Assembly (NCBI GenBank): GCA_028711115.1
Contig: JAQTSV010000001.1
Location: forward strand, 518,032-582,031
Source of the DNA: Candidatus Omnitrophota bacterium
GTDB taxonomy: Bacteria; Omnitrophota; Gorgyraeia; Velamenicoccales; JABMQK01
Reading direction: 5' to 3'
Length of the DNA stretch: 64,000 nucleotides
Below the pieces are notes generated by a model. The model worked only from the letters and a program-made list of their open reading frames with translations. It ran no database searches and was not told the origin of the DNA. Below are positions 42,472 through 50,208 of the stretch, in pieces (within the stretch, counting starts at the first letter, position 1; every line of letters begins with the position of its first letter). The position numbers and the translations under genes were made by a program.

Positions 42472-42518
42472 GGGCGTTTTAAAGCGGATAAGACTTTTAA
42501 AAACGCCCTTTTTATTTT
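42472..42518 (+). terminator. Terminator-like hairpin in the glnA leader
   Basis: GGGCGTTTT-(19 nt)-AAAACGCCC followed by TTTTTATTTT. Ends 33 nt before the glnA ATG. Confidence 0.5.
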
Positions 42519-42550
42519 ATGGTCAGGAATTAGAAAAAAGGAGGAATAAA

Positions 42551-43882
42551 ATGGCAAAAAAGACTAAACAGGATATTCTGAAATTAGTAAAGGAAAAAGA
42601 CGTAAAATTCATGCGCTTGTGGTTTACTGACATATTAGGCCAGGTTAAGAGTTTTGCGATTACGGATAAGGAACTGGAAGGTGCATTAGAAAACGGCATG
42701 GGCTTTGATGGTTCTTCCATTACAGGTTATCAGGATATAGAGGAATCCGATATGATTGCTATGCCTGATCCGGAAACATTTACTCTTCTTCCGTGGCGGC
42801 CAAGCGAGAAAGCAGTGGGAAGAATGATATGCGATATATTGAATCCCGATAAGACGCCGTATGAAGGCGACCCGCGCTACGTGCTAAAGAGAGCGTTACA
42901 GCGGGCAAATAAAATGGGGTTTGACCATTATTATTTAGGCCCGGAGCTTGAATATTTCTATTTCAAGGCAGACACGGCTACAGATATATTGGATAAGGGA
43001 GGATATTTTGACCTTACCACGCTGGATGTGGCAAGCGACCTAAGAAGAGAAACTGTATTGGCCCTTGAAAAGATGGGCATAGATGTGGAATATTCCCATC
43101 ATGAGGTAGCTCCCTCGCAACACGAGGTTGATATGCGTTACAAGGATGCGCTGCAGATGGCAGATAGCGTGATAACCTATAAGGTTGTTGTAAAAGAAAT
43201 TGCTAGTAAGTTCGGCGTATACGCTACATTTATGCCAAAACCTATTTTTGGCGAGAATGGATCAGGCATGCATACGCACCAGTCTTTATTTAAGGGAAGC
43301 AAGAATGCATTCTTTGATGCAAAAGCAGATGATTACCTTTCGGATACAGCTCGCAGTTACATAGCCGGGCTCTTAAAACACGCAAAGGAAATATGCTCTA
43401 TCTTTGCACAGACCACAAACTCATACAAAAGGTTAGTGCCTGGTTATGAGGCGCCTGTATATGTGGCGTGGAGCCGCAGGAACAGGAGCGCGCTGGTAAG
43501 GGTGCCGCTTTATTATCCGGGTAAAGAAAAGGCCACAAGGTGTGAATTCAGGGCGTGCGACCCAGCATGCAATCCATATCTTGCATTTGCAGCTATGCTT
43601 CATGCTGGATTAGACGGGATAGAAAAAAAGTATAAGGCGCCGAAGCCTATGGATCAGAATTTATACCATTTAACCGACGAGGAAAGGAAGGAAAAAGGCA
43701 TCGAAACACTCCCGGATAATTTGGGGTATGCAATTGCCATAACCGAAAAGAGCGAGCTTGTAAAAAAGGTTCTGGGCAATCACATATTTCCGAGGTTTGT
43801 TGAATTAAAGAAGAAAGAATGGGATGAATACAGAATTCAAGTTTCGCAATTCGAGCTTGATAAATATCTTTCGGTTGTATAG
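42551..43882 (+). CDS. glnA: Glutamine synthetase, type I (443 aa, short alpha-type)
   Basis: Motifs FTDILG, GFDGSSI, GPELEYF, HHEVAPSQHEVD, KP..G.NGSGMHTH, NSYKRLVPGYEAP and the SALVRVP region. Confidence 0.9.
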   Translation: MAKKTKQDILKLVKEKDVKFMRLWFTDILGQVKSFAITDKELEGALENGMGFDGSSITGYQDIEESDMIAMPDPETFTLLPWRPSEKAVGRMICDILNPDKTPYEGDPRYVLKRALQRANKMGFDHYYLGPELEYFYFKADTATDILDKGGYFDLTTLDVASDLRRETVLALEKMGIDVEYSHHEVAPSQHEVDMRYKDALQMADSVITYKVVVKEIASKFGVYATFMPKPIFGENGSGMHTHQSLFKGSKNAFFDAKADDYLSDTARSYIAGLLKHAKEICSIFAQTTNSYKRLVPGYEAPVYVAWSRRNRSALVRVPLYYPGKEKATRCEFRACDPACNPYLAFAAMLHAGLDGIEKKYKAPKPMDQNLYHLTDEERKEKGIETLPDNLGYAIAITEKSELVKKVLGNHIFPRFVELKKKEWDEYRIQVSQFELDKYLSVV

Positions 43883-43971
43883 GGAGCTTTATGAATTCAG
43901 CCGGAAGGTAATTTCGCGGCGAGCTTGAAATATTTTTTAAAAGCGAATGCATAAAATTTGGGCATAAAAAG

Positions 43972-44226
43972 ATGGAATATAATGCAAATAAGAAAAATCA
44001 TTTAGAGACGTTATCTGAAGAATTGGACGATATGTTTATAAACGCCAAATTGGGTACCGTATATAAGATTGTTGTCGAGACTATTGAGAAGCCGCTGATT
44101 GAGAAGGCGCTCGCGAGAACTTTCGGGAATCAGTTAAAGGCTGCCAAAATTTTAGGTATAAATCGTAACACCTTAAGAACAAAGATCAGCAAGTTCGGCA
44201 TCAAGCCGCAAATATGGAAGATTTAA
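43972..44226 (+). CDS. Stand-alone Fis-type HTH DNA-binding protein
   Basis: C-terminus EKPLIEKALARTFGNQLKAAKILGINRNTLRTKISKFGI matches the HTH_8 (Fis/NtrC C-terminal) pattern. 84 aa. Overlaps the gltB start. Confidence 0.65.
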   Translation: MEYNANKKNHLETLSEELDDMFINAKLGTVYKIVVETIEKPLIEKALARTFGNQLKAAKILGINRNTLRTKISKFGIKPQIWKI

Positions 44227-47200
44227 TGAAATATTCTCATTTTCCCAAGAAACAGGGGCTCTACGATCCGCAATTTGAACATGATTCCTGTGGTGTGGGG
44301 TTTGTCTGTAATATTAAAGGCCAGAAATCCAATGCTATCATAAAGCAGGGTATCGAGGTTCTGCACCGTTTGTCACATCGCGGAGCAGTTGGCGCAGACC
44401 CGAAAACCGGAGATGGCGCAGGAATTTTGATTCAGACTCCGCACGAATTCTTCAAAAAGGTTGCGGGAGATTCCGGAATTAATCTGCCGAATCAAGGATT
44501 ATATGGCACGGGATTGATATTTTTACCACAAGACAGCAAAGAACGCGAATTCTGCAAGGAAGTGTTTGATAAGGTTATACAGGAACACGGTCAAATTCTT
44601 TTAGGGTGGCGCAGTGTAGCTATAGATGATTCTGATATCGGAAAAGGCGCTAAAGCCACTCAGCCTGTTTTTGAACAGGTTTTTATCGGGAGAAATAAAG
44701 ATTCTAATGATGAATTAGGTTTTGAAAGAAAACTTTATATCATCAGAAAACAAATAGAAAATATTATCCGTGCAGTTAATTTAAAACAAAAAAATTATTT
44801 TTATATCACCAATATTTCCAGCCGCACATTTTCTTATAAAGGTCTGCTTATGCCTGAACAGCTTGAAAATTTCTTCCTTGATCTTCAGGATGAAAGTATA
44901 AAGAGCGCCTTATGCATGGTGCATTCGCGTTACTCAACCAATACCTTTCCTACTTGGGATTTGGCGCAGCCTTTTAGATTCTTAGCACACAACGGAGAAA
45001 TAAATACCTTACGCGGCAATATAAACGGAGTGAGGGCGAGGGAACGGTTGCTTGCAAGTGAACTGTTCGGCACGGATATAGAAAAACTGAAACCGGTTAT
45101 TGTCGAGGGAGGAAGCGATTCTGCTGCAATCGATAACGTTTTTGAGCTTTTGGTGTTATCAGGCAGGTCTCTTGAGCATACTATGATGATGCTTATTCCC
45201 GCAGCCTGGGAGCATAATAAATTTATGAGTAAAGAGCTCAGAGATTTTTACAAATATCACGCCTGTTTTATGGAGCCATGGGACGGCCCGGCTGCCATAG
45301 CCTTTACAGACGGGAAGAATATCGGAGCAGTGCTCGATAGGAATGGTTTGCGTCCTGCCCGCTATATCGTAACCAATAGCGATTTTGTGGTAATGGCATC
45401 GGAAGTCGGTGTTTTGGATATAGATCCGGCAGATATCAAGATTTCCGGCAGGCTTGAGCCGGGCAAAATATTTTTTATCGATACGGAGTCAGGTTGCATA
45501 GTGGAAGATTCCGAAATAAAGAAGAGGGTGTCCAGTCGTTGTCCATATGGAAAATGGAATGCCGAGAATATGGTTGATTTCGATAGACTTGTCACTAGCG
45601 GTGTTAGCAACCAGAAATCCGATGACATAATATCTCATTTCAAGGTTTTCGGCTATTCGCGGGAGGATCTTAAAGTAATAATAAAGCCTATGGCGCAAGA
45701 CGGCAAAGAACCCGTGGGCTCTATGGGAAATGATACTCCCCATGCATTTTTGTCAAAAAGTCCCCAGCTTCTCTACAATTATTTCAAACAACTGTTTGCG
45801 CAGGTAACCAATCCGGCCATAGATTCCATTAGGGAAAAACTCGTGATGAGTCTGGAAAGTTTTATAGGGCCAGAGAAGAATATTTTGGAAGAAACCCCTA
45901 AACATAGCCATAAGCTTAGGGTGAAAAACCCCATATTGGCAGATGAGGAACTCCAGAATTTACGCGATATCAGCATAAACGGTTTTAAAACAAAGACAAT
46001 ATATACTTTTTTCGACGCAGCAAGCGGTAAAGAAGGTTTTTTGCGTGCGTTAGAAAGGATTTGTTTTGAAGCAGAATACGCCATTGAAAAAGGTTTCTCT
46101 TTTATAATACTGAGCGATCGCGGAGTGGATAAAGACAATATTGCCCTCCCGGCACTTTTAGCCACCAGCGCTATCCATCAGTATCTTGTAAAAAAGACCA
46201 TACGTTCACAAGTTGCCTTAATCGTGGAAAGTGCAGAGCCCAGAGAAGTGCATCATCTTGCCTTACTTTTCGGTTACGGTGCAGATTGTATAAATCCATA
46301 TTTGGCTTATGAAGCCATAGAATATCTTGTCGAAGAAAAAGAAATTTCTTTGAATTACAAAAAGGCAAAAGAGAATTACAACAAGGCATTAACCGACGGT
46401 ATATTAAAAATATTGTCAAAAATGGGAATATCCACTCTGGCTAGTTACCGCGGCGCGCAGATATTTGAGGCGTTGGGTTTAGATGAGGAGTTTATAGACA
46501 GATATTTCACCGGGACTGTATCGCGTATCGGAGGTGTAGGTTTGGAAGGGATAGTAGATGAGACCATAAAAAGGCACAGAGAGGCTTATAGCCAGAGAGA
46601 TATAGATAAACCGTATTTGGCAAGCGGCGGAATTTATCAATGGAAAAAAGACGGAGAATTTCACCTCTGGAATCCTGAAAGCATAGCAGCTTTACAGGAT
46701 GCCGCGCGCGATAACGATTACGATAGGTACAGAAAATTTAGCCAGATGATAAATGATCAATCAGCCAATCCTACAACCTTGAGGAGTTTGCTTGAGTTTA
46801 AGAAGAGAGAGCCGATTTCTATCGATGAAGTTGAGTCCGTTGAAAATATTATGAAACGTTTCGTCACAGGGGCGATGAGCTTTGGTTCCATAAGCGGAGT
46901 TGCGCATGAGACAATCGCTATTGCCATGAACAGGATAGGCGGTAAGTCCAATACCGGCGAAGGCGGCGAAGACCCCAACAGATTTGTAATTTTACCGAAT
47001 GGAGATTCCAGGAGAAGCGCTATAAAACAGGTTGCTTCCGGAAGGTTCGGCGTGACCATAAACTATCTTGTTAATTCGGATGAAATACAGATAAAGATTG
47101 CGCAGGGAGCAAAGCCGGGTGAAGGAGGTCAGTTGCCCGGGCATAAAGTAAGCGAAATAATTGCACGGACCAGATATACAACTCCCGGTGTTACTCTGAT

Positions 47201-48758
47201 ATCGCCACCGCCGCATCATGACATATATTCTATTGAGGATCTTGCACAATTGATATTTGATTTAAAAAATGCCAATCCTCATGCGCGTATAAGCGTAAAA
47301 CTTGTTTCAGAGGTAGGCGTGGGAACAGTCGCCGCAGGCGTTGCCAAAGGTCATGCTGATATGATTCTTATTTCCGGCGGAGATGGCGGCACAGGCGCAT
47401 CGCCAAGAAGTTCTATAAGATACGCCGGGCTTCCCTGGGAATTAGGCCTTTCCGAGACGCACCAGACGCTTTTACTTAATAATTTACGTTCCAGAGTCCG
47501 CCTACAAACAGATGGGCAGATGCGCACAGGCCGCGATGTGGCGATCGCAGCTTTATTGGGAGCCGAGGAGTATGGTTTCTGCACAGCCGTGCTTATTGTA
47601 ATCGGTTGTGTTATGTTGAGACACTGCCATCTCAATAACTGCTCAGTCGGCGTGGCTACGCAGGAAGATATTCTGCAGAAGAGGTTTAGAGGAAGGCCGG
47701 AGTTTATAGTCAATTATTTTCATTTTGTAGCAGAAGAACTCCGCCAGATTATGGCAGGTCTGGGTTTAAAAACAATAGATGAAATGATAGGTAGAGTAGA
47801 CTTCCTCGAAGTCAACAGAGATATTATTCCTTTGAAAGCAAAGGGGCTGGATTATTCCAGGATTCTCTATAAGCCGGATGTTTCCCAAGATGTCGGGCGA
47901 TACTGTCAGGCCAAACAAGAGAGCGGATTGGATTATGTCCTTGATAAAGAATTGATAAAGATGTGCGAGGATTCTTTTGAAAAGAATAAACCAGCAAAGA
48001 TTTCAATGGAGATTAATAATACCAATAGAACCACGGGCGCAATGTTGAGCGGTGAAGTCTGCAGAAGATGTGGCGACGGTGTGTTGCTGGAAGATACTAT
48101 AGTGTGTAAATTCAAAGGCACAGCCGGACAGAGTTTCGGTGCATTCCTGGCAAAAGGCATTACATTTGAATTAGAGGGGATGACTAACGACTACGTGGGA
48201 AAGGGAATTTCCGGCGGAAAGATTATAATCTATCCGGATAGAAAAGCGCATTATAAACCCGAAGAGAATATAATTATTGGTAATACTACTTTCTATGGAG
48301 CCATATCGGGTGAGGCTTATATATGCGGTGTGGCAGGAGAAAGATTTTGCATAAGAAACTCTGGTCTGCATGCCGTTGTGGAAGGCGTGGGTGACCACGG
48401 TTGCGAATATATGACTGGTGGAAGAGTACTTGTTTTGGGAAAGACAGGCAGGAACTTCGCCGCCGGAATGTCAGGCGGGATAGCCTATGTATATGACGAA
48501 GATAAAACCTTCAAAGAGAACTGCAACACAGATATGGTTGAATTGGGCCAGGTTAAAGAAGAAGATAAAGATACAATATATAATTTACTCCATAATCACT
48601 TCAAATATACAAAAAGTAAAAAAGCAAAGAGAATTATTGATAATATGGATGATGAACTTAAAAAGTTCGTGAGAGTAATACCCATAGAGTATAAGCGCAT
48701 TTTGGAAGGGGTAAAAATAGAAGAAGAACTTGATTTGGCGGAGGCATCTGATGGGTGA
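44214..48758 (+). CDS. gltB: Glutamate synthase large subunit
   Basis: Ntn amidotransferase start (FEHDSCGVGF), FMN/Fe-S central domains (e.g. GEGGEDP, KIAQGAKPGEGGQLPG, SGGDGGTGASP) and a C-terminal GXGXG domain. Confidence 0.9.
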   Translation: MEDLMKYSHFPKKQGLYDPQFEHDSCGVGFVCNIKGQKSNAIIKQGIEVLHRLSHRGAVGADPKTGDGAGILIQTPHEFFKKVAGDSGINLPNQGLYGTGLIFLPQDSKEREFCKEVFDKVIQEHGQILLGWRSVAIDDSDIGKGAKATQPVFEQVFIGRNKDSNDELGFERKLYIIRKQIENIIRAVNLKQKNYFYITNISSRTFSYKGLLMPEQLENFFLDLQDESIKSALCMVHSRYSTNTFPTWDLAQPFRFLAHNGEINTLRGNINGVRARERLLASELFGTDIEKLKPVIVEGGSDSAAIDNVFELLVLSGRSLEHTMMMLIPAAWEHNKFMSKELRDFYKYHACFMEPWDGPAAIAFTDGKNIGAVLDRNGLRPARYIVTNSDFVVMASEVGVLDIDPADIKISGRLEPGKIFFIDTESGCIVEDSEIKKRVSSRCPYGKWNAENMVDFDRLVTSGVSNQKSDDIISHFKVFGYSREDLKVIIKPMAQDGKEPVGSMGNDTPHAFLSKSPQLLYNYFKQLFAQVTNPAIDSIREKLVMSLESFIGPEKNILEETPKHSHKLRVKNPILADEELQNLRDISINGFKTKTIYTFFDAASGKEGFLRALERICFEAEYAIEKGFSFIILSDRGVDKDNIALPALLATSAIHQYLVKKTIRSQVALIVESAEPREVHHLALLFGYGADCINPYLAYEAIEYLVEEKEISLNYKKAKENYNKALTDGILKILSKMGISTLASYRGAQIFEALGLDEEFIDRYFTGTVSRIGGVGLEGIVDETIKRHREAYSQRDIDKPYLASGGIYQWKKDGEFHLWNPESIAALQDAARDNDYDRYRKFSQMINDQSANPTTLRSLLEFKKREPISIDEVESVENIMKRFVTGAMSFGSISGVAHETIAIAMNRIGGKSNTGEGGEDPNRFVILPNGDSRRSAIKQVASGRFGVTINYLVNSDEIQIKIAQGAKPGEGGQLPGHKVSEIIARTRYTTPGVTLISPPPHHDIYSIEDLAQLIFDLKNANPHARISVKLVSEVGVGTVAAGVAKGHADMILISGGDGGTGASPRSSIRYAGLPWELGLSETHQTLLLNNLRSRVRLQTDGQMRTGRDVAIAALLGAEEYGFCTAVLIVIGCVMLRHCHLNNCSVGVATQEDILQKRFRGRPEFIVNYFHFVAEELRQIMAGLGLKTIDEMIGRVDFLEVNRDIIPLKAKGLDYSRILYKPDVSQDVGRYCQAKQESGLDYVLDKELIKMCEDSFEKNKPAKISMEINNTNRTTGAMLSGEVCRRCGDGVLLEDTIVCKFKGTAGQSFGAFLAKGITFELEGMTNDYVGKGISGGKIIIYPDRKAHYKPEENIIIGNTTFYGAISGEAYICGVAGERFCIRNSGLHAVVEGVGDHGCEYMTGGRVLVLGKTGRNFAAGMSGGIAYVYDEDKTFKENCNTDMVELGQVKEEDKDTIYNLLHNHFKYTKSKKAKRIIDNMDDELKKFVRVIPIEYKRILEGVKIEEELDLAEASDG

Positions 48759-50196
48759 TTTAAGAGGTTTTTTAAAATTAGCGCGGCAAAACAGCCAGTA
48801 CAGGGAAGTTTGCGAGCGTATAGAGGATTTCAAGGATATTTACAAATTGCGCCCTGAAAAGCAATCGCAAGAGCAGGCTTCGCGCTGTATGGACTGCGGT
48901 ACGCCTTTTTGCCATTGGGCCTGCCCTATAGGAAACTATATTCCCGAATGGAATGATTATGTTTTTCATGGTAATTGGAAAGCAGCGCTTGTGTTATTGG
49001 AAGCCACAAACAATTTGGCTGAGATAACAGGAAGGGTTTGCCCGGCGTTATGCGAATATGCCTGTGTATTGGGTTTAAACGATGATGCCGTGACCATCCG
49101 CGAAAACGAACTTGCGGTTATAGAGTTTGGTTTCAAAAATGGTTTGATTAAGTCAAATCACATAGAACATAGGACGGGAAAGAAGATAGCTGTTGTCGGT
49201 TCAGGCCCTGCAGGGCTATCCTGCGCAGCGCAACTTAACAGGGCCGGGCATAACGTAGTTATTTTTGAACGGGACGATAAACCCGGAGGCATATTGCGCT
49301 ATGGTATACCTGATTTCAAGCTGGAAAAAAACCTTTTAGACAGACGCATTGATTTGTGGCAGGAAGAGGGGATTGTTTTCAAAACAGGAATAGATGTAGG
49401 GAAAGATTATCCGGCCAAAAAGCTTCTGGATGAATTCGATGCGGTTTGTTTGGCAGGCGGCTCTCGCGTCCCCAGAGACCTTAAAATAGAAGGCAGAGAA
49501 TTAAAAGGTATTTATTTTGCCATGGATTATTTGATGCAATCAAACAGGCGCGTAGCCGGACATAAAATTCCCAAAAACGAATTAATCGAAGCCAAAGGTA
49601 AAAAGGTGATGGTGATTGGCGGAGGCGATACCGGCGCAGATTGCGTGGGTACAGCGCATCGTCAGGGAGCAAGTTGCGTGGTGCAGATTGAAGTTTTGCC
49701 CAAGCCTTTTGAATGCAGGACCAAAGATTATCCCTGGCCGAAATATCCTTTACTATTGAAGACATCTTCAAGCCATGAGGAAGGCGGAGAGCGCCATTGG
49801 GCAGTGTTGACAAAACGCTTTATCGGCGAGGGTGGTTTTGTAAAAAAGATTTCTTGTGCAAAAGTGGAATTCGAAGAAGCAAATGGTAAAACGTGTCCTG
49901 TTATGAAAGAAATTTCAGGAAGCGAGTTTGAAATCGAAGCGGACTTAGTTATTCTTGCGGTGGGTTTTTTACATCCCGAACATTCAGGTTTGCTCGGCGA
50001 CCTTGGCGTTGAATTTGACAAGTGTGGCAATGTTAAGACAGACGAAAATTATAAGACCTCTGTTAAGAATGTATTTTCTGCAGGAGATATGAGGCGCGGA
50101 CAGTCATTAGTGGTCTGGGCTATTTCAGAAGGCCGGCGCTCAGCATATTTTATGGATAAGTACTTAATGGGCGACAGTAATTTGCCGATAATGTAA
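48751..50196 (+). CDS. gltD: Glutamate synthase small subunit (NADPH)
   Basis: Cys clusters CMDCGTPFC and CPALCEYAC. Dinucleotide folds VVGSGPAGLSCA and VIGGGDTGADC. The ATG at 48751 overlaps the gltB stop. Confidence 0.9.
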   Translation: MGDLRGFLKLARQNSQYREVCERIEDFKDIYKLRPEKQSQEQASRCMDCGTPFCHWACPIGNYIPEWNDYVFHGNWKAALVLLEATNNLAEITGRVCPALCEYACVLGLNDDAVTIRENELAVIEFGFKNGLIKSNHIEHRTGKKIAVVGSGPAGLSCAAQLNRAGHNVVIFERDDKPGGILRYGIPDFKLEKNLLDRRIDLWQEEGIVFKTGIDVGKDYPAKKLLDEFDAVCLAGGSRVPRDLKIEGRELKGIYFAMDYLMQSNRRVAGHKIPKNELIEAKGKKVMVIGGGDTGADCVGTAHRQGASCVVQIEVLPKPFECRTKDYPWPKYPLLLKTSSSHEEGGERHWAVLTKRFIGEGGFVKKISCAKVEFEEANGKTCPVMKEISGSEFEIEADLVILAVGFLHPEHSGLLGDLGVEFDKCGNVKTDENYKTSVKNVFSAGDMRRGQSLVVWAISEGRRSAYFMDKYLMGDSNLPIM

Positions 50197-50208
50197 AGGA
50201 TTATTAAG

